Below, in pieces: positions 28,385 to 36,727 of a stretch of 64,000 bases of DNA. The position numbers and the translations under genes are program-made. This DNA comes from Abditibacterium sp. (lineage in GTDB: Bacteria > Armatimonadota > Abditibacteriia > Abditibacteriales > Abditibacteriaceae): NCBI GenBank assembly GCA_965246885.1, contig OZ251992.1, positions 544,001 to 608,000 of the forward strand, in the 5' to 3' direction. The notes below the pieces were generated by a model. The model saw only the letters and a list, made by a program, of their open reading frames with translations, did not search any database and had not been told where the DNA came from. Position 1 is the stretch's first letter. The number at the start of each line of letters is the position of its first letter.

Positions 28385-29458
28385 TTAAAACGATTCCAGT
28401 GTGAGTTGTAAACGCGCGGCGAGAGCGGGCACGAGCGCGAGCACGTCGCCGTAGCGCATGCGCGCGGGGCCAAGCACGCCCAACGCGCCGAAGATTTCCC
28501 GGCCCGCGCCGTACGAAACCCCAACAAAAGAGAACCCCTTCGCGGCGGGGTGGTCGGGCGCCACGAGTTCGCCGCCAATTGAAACGCCGCGCGCGCTGTT
28601 CCACTGATGCGCGCCGACGGAAGAATTACGTATCAAATCCGACAGCGCGGCTTCGTCTTCCAATAAACGCATCGCGGCGCGCGCTTGCCCGATGTGCGCG
28701 AACTCCGGCTCATCGAGCAGGGCGATTAAACCTTGCACGACGATTTTTTCGTCGGCGATGTCGGCGACCGAGTCGCGCACCATCTCCCACGCCCGCCGCG
28801 CCAGCTTTAGCGTCGCTTCGTCGTGCAAGCCCGCCGAAACAAGCGAAAAGTCCAGCGTGCGGACTTGGGAGAGCGGCAATTGCGCGAGGGTCTCGTTTAG
28901 AAAGCGCACGACGGTTTCCAAGCGCGGCGCCGCCACTTCGTCGCCGATGTCGAACAGGCGATGCTCGATGCGGCCCTGCGAAGTCACCAGCACCAGCACC
29001 AAGCGGCGCGGCGCGACGGGGTTGAGTTGCAGCCACTGCACTTGGTCGCCTTTGGCGTTGGGAAGCGAGGCGACGGCGGGGTAGCCCGTCAGCTTCGCCA
29101 ATACCGACACGGCTTCGCGCAGCGCGTCCTCGACCGACGCGGCGGGCGGCGCGACGCGCTCCAACTGGCAGTATTCCGACGACGACACTGCGCGCGGCTG
29201 GATAATCTCGCGCACATAGAAACGATAGCCCGCGTCGGTCGGCACGCGCCCCGCGCTCGTGTGCGGCTGCGCCAAAAACCCCAAGGCTTCCAGTTCCGCG
29301 AGTTCGTTGCGCACCGTCGCGCCCGACAGCGCCCCAAACTGCGCTCCCAAAAGCGGGTCGGCAGCCAGCGTCGCCGACCCGACCGGCTCGGCGGAGCGCA
29401 CGTAATTCTCGATGACGGCGGCCAAAATCGCCTTCTGACGCGGTTTGAGTTCGGCCAT
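28385..29458 (-). CDS. hrcA: Heat-inducible transcription repressor HrcA
   Basis: RQKAILAAVIENY...EPVGS, ATVRNEL..LE..GFL.QPHTSAGRVPTD.GYR; GP.RM.Y. Confidence 0.95.
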   Translation of the reverse strand: MAELKPRQKAILAAVIENYVRSAEPVGSATLAADPLLGAQFGALSGATVRNELAELEALGFLAQPHTSAGRVPTDAGYRFYVREIIQPRAVSSSEYCQLERVAPPAASVEDALREAVSVLAKLTGYPAVASLPNAKGDQVQWLQLNPVAPRRLVLVLVTSQGRIEHRLFDIGDEVAAPRLETVVRFLNETLAQLPLSQVRTLDFSLVSAGLHDEATLKLARRAWEMVRDSVADIADEKIVVQGLIALLDEPEFAHIGQARAAMRLLEDEAALSDLIRNSSVGAHQWNSARGVSIGGELVAPDHPAAKGFSFVGVSYGAGREIFGALGVLGPARMRYGDVLALVPALAARLQLTLESF

Positions 29459-29512
29459 TTCAGGTGTTTCCAGATGATTGGCGCGCGCAGGAAGTCGCAA
29501 TTTTTTGAAGAT

Positions 29513-30583
29513 TCACCCAATCGTCCCCGCGCCGCGCACTTCGTTCCCCTCATAAAGAACGCACATCTGCCCCGGCGTGACGCCCGTTGGCTCGTCGAAC
29601 TCGAAGGCAAAACCATCCTCGTCGGCGCGCGTAACTGTGCCCATGTGCGCCCGCGCGTGCGAACGGAGTTGCGCGCCCAACTTGTCGCCTTCGTGGGGGA
29701 TGGTTTGCGTCCACGTCGCGCCGTGCGCGCTTAATCCCGCGTGTGCCAATCCTTCGCGCGGGCCGACGACGAGGGTGTTGCTCGCGGTGTCTATCTTCGA
29801 GACGAACAAGGGGTTGGGCGCGGCGATGCCAAGGCCCTTGCGCTGGCCAACGGTGTAGTGCGCGAGGCCGCGATGCTCTCCCACAACGGCGCCTTGGGTG
29901 TCCACAATCGGGCCGGGGACGGCCATTTGCGGCGCGCGGTCAATGACGAAGCGGGCATAGTCGCCGTCCTCGACAAAGCAGATCTCCTGCGAGTCGGGTT
30001 TGCTCGCAACGGCCATTCCGAGCTTCGCGGCAATTTGGCGCGTTTCGGTCTTCTCGATGCCGCCGATGGGAAGCAAGACGCGGCGCAGTTCGCGCTGGGT
30101 CAGCATGCCGAGCACATACGACTGATCCTTGCGCGCGTCGAAGCCGCGCAGGAGGTGCGCCGTGCCATCGGCGTCGCGCTCGATACGCGCGTAATGGCCC
30201 GTCGCAATGAAGTCGCACTCCAACTCATCGGCGCGCTCCAAGAAGGCGCGGAACTTGATCCACTCGTTGCAGCGCGCGCACGGGTTGGGCGTTTCGCCCT
30301 CAGCGTAGGTCGCCACAAAGTTGTCCACGACGCGGGCGTTGAACTCGTCTTGCAAGTTGAGGACGTAGTAGGGGATGTCAAGCAGGTGCGCGACGCGGCG
30401 CGCGTCCTCGCTTGAGCCAACGGTGCAGCACCCGCCAAAGCGGTGGGCCGCGAAGGGGTCATCCTCGCCCGCCCACAGCTTCATCGTCGCGCCCACGACC
30501 TCATAGCCCTGTTCCACAAGGAGCGCCGCCGCCACGCTGGAATCCACGCCGCCGCTCATCGCCATCAAAACACGTCCGCTCAT
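29513..30583 (-). CDS. mnmA: tRNA 2-thiouridine(34) synthase
   Basis: AMSGGVDSS, TPNPC..CN, ATGHYA, KDQSY, DSQEICF, TPGQ. Confidence 0.96.
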   Translation of the reverse strand: MSGRVLMAMSGGVDSSVAAALLVEQGYEVVGATMKLWAGEDDPFAAHRFGGCCTVGSSEDARRVAHLLDIPYYVLNLQDEFNARVVDNFVATYAEGETPNPCARCNEWIKFRAFLERADELECDFIATGHYARIERDADGTAHLLRGFDARKDQSYVLGMLTQRELRRVLLPIGGIEKTETRQIAAKLGMAVASKPDSQEICFVEDGDYARFVIDRAPQMAVPGPIVDTQGAVVGEHRGLAHYTVGQRKGLGIAAPNPLFVSKIDTASNTLVVGPREGLAHAGLSAHGATWTQTIPHEGDKLGAQLRSHARAHMGTVTRADEDGFAFEFDEPTGVTPGQMCVLYEGNEVRGAGTIG

Positions 30584-30592
30584 AACGGCACC

Positions 30593-31171
30593 TCAGACGC
30601 GCGCGGCGCGGGAGGGTGCCAACCCCGCCCACAAACTCGCCAACACCAACCCAATCACCGCCGACAGCCACACCTGCGCCGCGAAGTGCGCTCCCACTTG
30701 CACGCGCGAGGTGCCAATCAGAATCGCCATTCCCAGCGCCGGAAGTCGCAAGCGCGGCTCCACTGTTCCCATGAGCGCCGCGAACAAAAACGCCGGGACG
30801 GTGTGGCCCGACGGAAAGCCCGCGTCGCGGATGGCTGTCAGGGCGGTGCGCCCGGCGTCTTGCGGACGCGGCCAAAAGACTATACGCTTGACCGATTCCA
30901 CGACCGCGAAGTTGAGCGCCACCGCGCCCACCACCCATTTGACCCGCCACGCCCGCACTTCCCCCGCGCGAAGCGGCCCGAAGACCAAACGCACCCCGCA
31001 AAACACCAAGAACAGAAAGTGCCCCGCCCGTGACAAGCCTTGCCCCACGCGCATCCCATAGGGCGCGGGCACGCCGCCCGTTTGCGCCACCCACCACACG
31101 AGCGCGCCCAACACCAAAAGCGCGAGTGGAAACGCGACGCGGCGCGGCATCAGAGGAGCGTGGCGAATCAT
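30593..31171 (-). CDS. PAP2-family phosphatase
   Basis: K...RP, FPSGH, SR...GAH motifs; start uncertain (31150 or 31171). Confidence 0.85.
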   Translation of the reverse strand: MIRHAPLMPRRVAFPLALLVLGALVWWVAQTGGVPAPYGMRVGQGLSRAGHFLFLVFCGVRLVFGPLRAGEVRAWRVKWVVGAVALNFAVVESVKRIVFWPRPQDAGRTALTAIRDAGFPSGHTVPAFLFAALMGTVEPRLRLPALGMAILIGTSRVQVGAHFAAQVWLSAVIGLVLASLWAGLAPSRAARV

Positions 31172-31174
31172 GTT

Positions 31175-31271
31175 AAAGCGAATAAATTCGCAGCCAGCAA
31201 ACACGTCAACCTTCGTTGACGGGGTGTCGGCGAAGGCCGACAATCTTGCTGGCTGCGAATTTATTCGCTTT
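31175..31271. repeat. REPIN-like cloverleaf palindrome
   Basis: Perfect 26-bp arms AAAGCGAATAAATTCGCAGCCAGCAA enclosing hairpins GTCAAC-CTTC-GTTGAC and TGTCGGC-GAAG-GCCGACA. Confidence 0.85.
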
Positions 31272-32278
31272 CACCCCCCGCTCCAGCGCGCATACACCCA
31301 CGCCGCCCCGCCCAGCGCGAGGCCGCACGCATACAACACCAGCACCGTCTTCACGGGCGACAAGCCCCGGTTGAGCAGGCGATGGTGCAAGTGCCCCCGA
31401 TCGGCGCGCCAAACCGGTTGGCGTGCGAGCGTGCGGCGCCAAATGGCCCACAGCGTATCCAGAACCGGAATCCCCATCACCACAAGCGGCAGCAGAAGCG
31501 TCGTCGCGGCGGCGGTTTTGGCGGCAGCAGCCAGCGAAATCGTCGCCAGCCAAAAGCCAAGCAAGAGCGCGCCCGCGTCGCCCAAGTAAATCTTCGCCGG
31601 ATGGAAGTTGAAGCGCAGAAACCCCAAGCACGCCCCGCACAGCGCCGCGCTCACCCCCGCCGCCCAAGGCGCTTTGGGTATCTCAATCAAACACAAACTC
31701 CCCGCAGCGATGGCGCACACCCCCGCCGCCAAGCCGTCCACCCCGTCTATAAAGTTCACCCCGTTCGTCAGCCCCAACACCCACACCATCGTCAAGGCAA
31801 ACGACGCGACCCCGCTCAGGGCGAACTTGCCCGACGTGAACGGCAGCGTCGTGATGCGCACGCCCAACTCCCACAAGAGCGAGGCAATCAGAAACTGCCC
31901 ACCGAACTTCCACACCGGCGCCAGTTCCCACTTGTCATCGGCCATGCCCAGCAGCAGCATCAGCGCGCCGCACCCCAAAAACGCCGCCGAGAGGTGCAGC
32001 GTTTGCGCGACCTGCGCCGTTTGCGCTTTCGAGGGCGCCAGTTGCCGGAAGTCCTCCACTCCCGGTTGCCGCCATACCAGCGCCGCGAGCAAAACCGCTA
32101 CAAACACCGCGAGGCCGCCCCACTGCGCGATGGGCTGCGTGTGCGTGCGCCGCCCGCCCGGATGCGCGAGCGCCCCGACCCGCCACGCGAGCGCGCGCAC
32201 AAACGGCGTCGTGAGCAGCGCCGCCCCCAACGCGAGCACAAACGCCGCAAGCGGCGAGCCTTTCATATCGAAAGCCAT
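31271..32278 (-). CDS. Undecaprenyl-phosphate GlcNAc-1-phosphate transferase (WecA/TagO, MraY family)
   Basis: GMADD, NFIDGVDGL, YLGDAG, HLHH motifs; multiple TMs. Confidence 0.9.
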   Translation of the reverse strand: MAFDMKGSPLAAFVLALGAALLTTPFVRALAWRVGALAHPGGRRTHTQPIAQWGGLAVFVAVLLAALVWRQPGVEDFRQLAPSKAQTAQVAQTLHLSAAFLGCGALMLLLGMADDKWELAPVWKFGGQFLIASLLWELGVRITTLPFTSGKFALSGVASFALTMVWVLGLTNGVNFIDGVDGLAAGVCAIAAGSLCLIEIPKAPWAAGVSAALCGACLGFLRFNFHPAKIYLGDAGALLLGFWLATISLAAAAKTAAATTLLLPLVVMGIPVLDTLWAIWRRTLARQPVWRADRGHLHHRLLNRGLSPVKTVLVLYACGLALGGAAWVYARWSGG

Positions 32279-32371
32279 GAGAACACCAGAAGTGTGACCA
32301 ATTCCCAAGGGCGTCACTGCGCTTCTTCCGGCCAAATCCCAACACTCCTCCGCGAAAAACGGAATAATTAA

Positions 32372-33451
32372 ATGGTCTTTTTCGAGCGCGCCCGCCCCGA
32401 CGCGCCCAAAACATCCATGCCGCCAACATCGCACTCCGGGCCACCGCCCATTCCATCGCCGCCCCGCCGCTTGCAACGCCCCGAAGAACGCTTTTCCGCT
32501 CCGCCCGAACCCGCCGACGAACTCCCGCCCGTCGCGCCCACCTCAGTTCGAGCGCCCAAGGCAGCGCCCAAGGCAGCCCCCAAACGCCGCCACGAGCGCC
32601 GCCACTTCGAGCAACGGCGCCGCGCCGCGCCGCGCCCGACACGCGCCGCGAGCGTGCCCCTACCCGACTTGCCCCCTTCGCCCGCCCTCGAACGGGTGCG
32701 CGCCAACCGGCGCCGCGCTTGGAAGCGCGCGGGCGTTGTCGCGGCGGGTTTACTCGCCGTCGGCGCGGGCGCTTGGGCGCTTTCGGCGCCCCAAATGAAC
32801 ATCGCGCGCGTCGAAATCACCGGCTTGCATGCCACCATGCCCGCCTTGGTGCGCCCGCTCGCGGCACACTTGCTCGGCCACAACGCCCTGCGCGCCGACC
32901 GCAAGGGCGTCGCGCGTGAAGTCGCGGCCTTGACCACCGTCGAATCCGCCCACGTGAGCGTCGCGCCCGCCCTGCCGCCCGTCGCCCGCCTCCATGTAAC
33001 CGAGCGCGTTCCCGTCGCGCGGGTGGGAAGCGGAAATGTATGGTGGGTCGCCGACGCGCGCGGCCTGCCCTATCGCCGCGCCAACTTGCACGACGCCCGC
33101 TTGCCCGCCCTCACGTGGAGCGACGAAATCCAGCCCATGCGCCCGCTTGAGGCGCGCAAGTGGAGCAGTGCTGCGCTTCTCGCACAGGCCATCGCGGGGC
33201 AACACGGCGCTTTGGGCCGCATCCGGCAAATCGAACTCGACGCGAGCGGCGACGCCGCCCTCCAAGTCGCCGCGCCCGATGGCACATCGCAGATCACGCT
33301 CAAGTTAGGCAACGACGAGTGGCCCGCAAAGCTGGCCCGCGCCCGCGTCGCGCTGCTTTACTTCGCCCGCACCAAGCGCGACGCGGGGGAACTCAACCTC
33401 ATTTCCCTGCAACTGCCGCGCTGGACGCCGAGGGCGGCTACCAGCGGTTGA
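32372..33451 (+). CDS. ftsQ: Cell division protein FtsQ/DivIB-like
   Basis: Disordered N-terminus, one TM, POTRA-like region (VEITG..V.SA.V..P....V.ER.P.A); synteny with DUF881-sbp-ftsA. Confidence 0.75.
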   Translation: MVFFERARPDAPKTSMPPTSHSGPPPIPSPPRRLQRPEERFSAPPEPADELPPVAPTSVRAPKAAPKAAPKRRHERRHFEQRRRAAPRPTRAASVPLPDLPPSPALERVRANRRRAWKRAGVVAAGLLAVGAGAWALSAPQMNIARVEITGLHATMPALVRPLAAHLLGHNALRADRKGVAREVAALTTVESAHVSVAPALPPVARLHVTERVPVARVGSGNVWWVADARGLPYRRANLHDARLPALTWSDEIQPMRPLEARKWSSAALLAQAIAGQHGALGRIRQIELDASGDAALQVAAPDGTSQITLKLGNDEWPAKLARARVALLYFARTKRDAGELNLISLQLPRWTPRAATSG

Positions 33452-33544
33452 TCCCTCAACTGGGCCGCCGCGCAAAAACAGGGGCAACGCGGCGCGCGCC
33501 ATACGTTCTATTTGTTGGCTGCTCTTGAGTGCGGCTTTTTCTCC

Positions 33545-34399
33545 ATGAACGCCTCGCCTTTGGCTTCTTCTCGCACCGCGCCCGATGCGCCCGCTTTGGC
33601 GACGACGCGGCCCCGCTCCTTGCGCTCTCTGTTGGGCACCATCACCGGCATCTCCTTCGTCTTCGGCGCCCTCGTTGCCGTGCAGGTGCGCTCGATTACC
33701 AATTTGGAAAAGGCCCGCGTTGCCAAAACCCAGACCGACGCCCTGCAAAAGCAGCGCGCCGAGCAACTGCGCCTCGCCGCCGTCAAAGCCGCCCACGAAC
33801 GAGACGCCGCCAACCAAAAGCTCAAGGCCACCCTCGCGTCCATCAAGACCAACGGCGTAGCATCCAGCGCGCAAATCAAGTCGCTCACCGCCCAAATCAA
33901 GACCCTGCAAGCCCAAGCCTGCCTGACCACCGTTGTCGGCCCCGGCCTGCGCATCGTGTTGTCCGACAACCCCCAAGCCGCCCAAAGCGGCGCCAACCCG
34001 TCCCTGCCGCTCCCCGGCTTGGTGCACGACTACGACGTGTTGCAAGTCGTCAACGAACTGCGCGCTGCCAAAGCCGACGCCATCGCCGTGCACGGCGCGG
34101 GCGGCGACCCCATCCGCATCACGTCGGCCACGCCCATTCGCTGCGTCGGCCCGGTCATCTTCATCAACTGGCAAGCCGTCGCCGCGCCGTTCACGGTCGA
34201 GGCCGTCGGCAACGCCAAGACGCTTCAGTCGGCCATCGAAATGCCCGGCGGCATCGTCGAAAACCTGCGCGTGCAAGGCGCCGTCGGTGTCAAAGTCGCG
34301 TCCGCCAGCGACTTGGAACTGCCCCCCGGCGACGTGCCCGGTGGCGCCGCTCCCACCCCCGAAGCTGCCGCTACCCTCACCGACACCAAAGCACCGTGA
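33545..34399 (+). CDS. DUF881 domain protein (YlxW/YlxX-like)
   Basis: TM + coiled coil, V.GPG..I.LSD, LVHD.D..VVNEL..A.A.AIAV, PF.V.A.G. Confidence 0.85.
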   Translation: MNASPLASSRTAPDAPALATTRPRSLRSLLGTITGISFVFGALVAVQVRSITNLEKARVAKTQTDALQKQRAEQLRLAAVKAAHERDAANQKLKATLASIKTNGVASSAQIKSLTAQIKTLQAQACLTTVVGPGLRIVLSDNPQAAQSGANPSLPLPGLVHDYDVLQVVNELRAAKADAIAVHGAGGDPIRITSATPIRCVGPVIFINWQAVAAPFTVEAVGNAKTLQSAIEMPGGIVENLRVQGAVGVKVASASDLELPPGDVPGGAAPTPEAAATLTDTKAP

Positions 34400-34411
34400 G
34401 GACGCGCTGCC

Positions 34412-34478
34412 CTGTTTGGAGTGCGCCCGTCAGGGCGTGTTCGCCGGTGAAACGCCCTAATGGGCGCACTCCAAACAG
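34412..34478. repeat. REP-like inverted doublet
   Basis: CTGTTTGGAGTGCGCCC.T.AGGGCGT ... ACGCCCT.A.GGGCGCACTCCAAACAG. Confidence 0.8.
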
Positions 34479-34510
34479 TTGGCCCGTTTCTCAAACTACC
34501 TTCTTCCACC

Positions 34511-34936
34511 ATGTTTCTCCTTCCCTTTGTCGCCCTCGCGCTGGGCTTCGGGCTGTTCTGGGGGTTGGCGGGCGAGATTTCCCCGACCAGCGAAACCTTC
34601 GCTCGCTACGCCGCCATTGCCCTGCTCGCGGGGTTCGATACCGTCTTGGGCGGGGTGCGGGCGTGGCTCATGGACAAGTTCGACGACGCCATCTTTATTT
34701 CCGGGTTTTTCCTCAATGCGCTATTGGCCGTCGGGTTGGTCTTGCTCGGCGAGCGGTTGGGCTTGGAAGCCGGGTTTGGCGAGGGGCGCATCTCGATGAT
34801 GATGATTGGCGCCGTCGTGCTCTTTTCCGGGCGCATCCTGAACAACCTCGCGGCCTTGCGGCGCATCGTTATCGAACGGCTGCGGGCGCGGCGTGGATTG
34901 GGCGCGCAAAGTGCCGCGTTTGTGGCGGCGGAGTAG
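34511..34936 (+). CDS. sbp: Small basic family protein (DUF1290)
   Basis: Y.AIA.LA..D...GG.RA....FD..IF.SGFF.N.L.A..L..LG..LG; RI.NNLA..RR. Confidence 0.85.
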   Translation: MFLLPFVALALGFGLFWGLAGEISPTSETFARYAAIALLAGFDTVLGGVRAWLMDKFDDAIFISGFFLNALLAVGLVLLGERLGLEAGFGEGRISMMMIGAVVLFSGRILNNLAALRRIVIERLRARRGLGAQSAAFVAAE

Positions 34937-35008
34937 GGCCATCAAGCGGCGCGGGCGCTTGCGATAAAATGAAAGGGTAGCCGCACTCACTTGTTCTCCC
35001 GTTCCTCC

Positions 35009-36676
35009 ATGTCGCCGCCCTTCTCCCCGCCTTCTGTTGTCGTTGGCCTTGACATCGGCACCACCAAAATCTGCGCCTTGGTGGCGGGCGAGGGCGAAGT
35101 GGGCGCCGAGGGAGCGCCGCACGACCACTCCATGCGCGTCTTGGGCGTGGGCATTGTCCCCTCGATAGGCGTGCGGCGCGGCGTCGTCGTGGACGTGCCC
35201 GATACGGTCGAGGCCATCAAAGAAGCCGTCGCGCGCGCGGCGCACATGGCGGGCGTCGAAATCGAGGGCGTTGTCGCGGGCGTGACGGGCGACCACATCA
35301 CTTCCCAAACCTGCACCGGCAGCGTCACCGTCGCTTCGCGCGGCAACCAAGTCTCCGCTTTCGATGTGGACAGGGCGCTCTCGGCGGCCTTGTTGGAAGT
35401 CGGGCGCGACCGCGAGATCATCCATTCCCTGCCCAAAGCGTGGAGCGTGGACGAGGAGCGCGACATCAAGAAGCCGTTGGGCATGGTCGGCACGCGCTTG
35501 GAAGTTGAAACCCACGTCATCACCGGCCAAAGCGCCATCCTGCGCAACACCCTGAGTTGTTTGGGCGGGGCCGGGGTGCGCGCCGACGCCCTCATGCTGG
35601 AGCCGCTCGCTTCCGCCGAAGCCATCACCACCCGCGCCGAGCGCGAAATGGGCGCCTTGGTGCTCGACATCGGCGGCGGCACGACCGATATGGCGGTGTA
35701 TCACGAAGGCTCCATCGTCTTTGTCGCGGCGCTTCCCGTCGGGGGCAACCACGTTACCCGCGACGTGAGCATCGGGCTGTCCACGCCCTTCGAGTTCGCC
35801 GAAAAGCTCAAAGTCGGGTCGGGCGCCGCCACGCGCGACATGATTCCGCACGGCGAAGCGCTCGAAGTCTTCTCGGCGGGCGGCGCCGCGCGCTTGCGCA
35901 TCCCGCGCGCGCTTCTGGGCGAAATCATCGAAGCCCGCATGCGGGAACTGTTCGAGCTTTGCCTCGCCCTCGCCACCCAAAACGGCTTGACTGGCTTGGT
36001 CGCCGGCGGCGTCGTGTTGTCGGGCGGGGGCGCCTTATTGCCGGGCAGCGTGGAGTTGGCCGAGGAGATTTTCGGCTTGCCCGCGCGCTTGGGCGTGCCG
36101 GAAGGATTGAGCGGTTGGAGCGAGGCCGTCTCATCGCCGCAGTTCTCGACGGCGGTGGGGTTGTGCCGCGTCGCGCTCGCCCAAAAGCGCGAAGTGCGCC
36201 CTAAAGCGGGCGCGCCCGTCGCACTTCCCGGTGCGCGGCGCGTGTGGGGCTTGCTCGCGCCCGGTTTGGTCATGGCGCGGCCCCAACAAGCGGGCGCCAT
36301 CCCCGCCGTTCCCGAAGAAGCCGTTCCCGACAAAGCCAAAGCCTCCGCCAAGCCCATCGCGCGCGAAGAGTTCCCCGCCCAGATGCGCTTCTCGCCCCCG
36401 CCCACCCCCGACGCTTCCGAAACTCCGGTCGTCGCGCCCGACGCCAATCTCAACGGCGCCGCCCCGCCCGTCCCCGCGCCCGCCGAGGACGACCCGCTCG
36501 TGCCACGCACCCGCTTCCGCAACATTCTGGGCCGCACCGCCACACCGACCGCCGCCACACCGACCGCCGCCACACCGACCGCCGCCACACCGACCGCCGC
36601 CACACCGACCGCCGCCCCGCCCCTTTCGCGCTGGCAACGGTTCCTCAAGTTCGTCGGCTTTGGCGAAGAGGAATAA
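35009..36676 (+). CDS. ftsA: Cell division protein FtsA with extended Pro/Ala linker
   Basis: GLDIGTTKI, P.GM.G.RLE, LDIGGGTTD, GG.HVT.D, IIEAR..E; C-terminal amphipathic helix RWQRFLKFVGF. Confidence 0.93.
   Translation: MSPPFSPPSVVVGLDIGTTKICALVAGEGEVGAEGAPHDHSMRVLGVGIVPSIGVRRGVVVDVPDTVEAIKEAVARAAHMAGVEIEGVVAGVTGDHITSQTCTGSVTVASRGNQVSAFDVDRALSAALLEVGRDREIIHSLPKAWSVDEERDIKKPLGMVGTRLEVETHVITGQSAILRNTLSCLGGAGVRADALMLEPLASAEAITTRAEREMGALVLDIGGGTTDMAVYHEGSIVFVAALPVGGNHVTRDVSIGLSTPFEFAEKLKVGSGAATRDMIPHGEALEVFSAGGAARLRIPRALLGEIIEARMRELFELCLALATQNGLTGLVAGGVVLSGGGALLPGSVELAEEIFGLPARLGVPEGLSGWSEAVSSPQFSTAVGLCRVALAQKREVRPKAGAPVALPGARRVWGLLAPGLVMARPQQAGAIPAVPEEAVPDKAKASAKPIAREEFPAQMRFSPPPTPDASETPVVAPDANLNGAAPPVPAPAEDDPLVPRTRFRNILGRTATPTAATPTAATPTAATPTAATPTAAPPLSRWQRFLKFVGFGEEE
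36541..36615 (+). repeat. 15-bp perfect tandem repeat x5 inside ftsA (TPTAA)
   Basis: CACACCGACCGCCGC x5. Confidence 0.95.
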
Positions 36677-36727
36677 AGTGGTGCCGCCATCGCGCCGCGC
36701 ACGGCAAACTCTCTCCGCTCGCTTCCC

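Noticed and set aside
31175..31271. tRNA-like cloverleaf
   Set aside because: No D-loop or T-loop (TTCGA) consensus and no anticodon arm geometry; it is a symmetric palindrome
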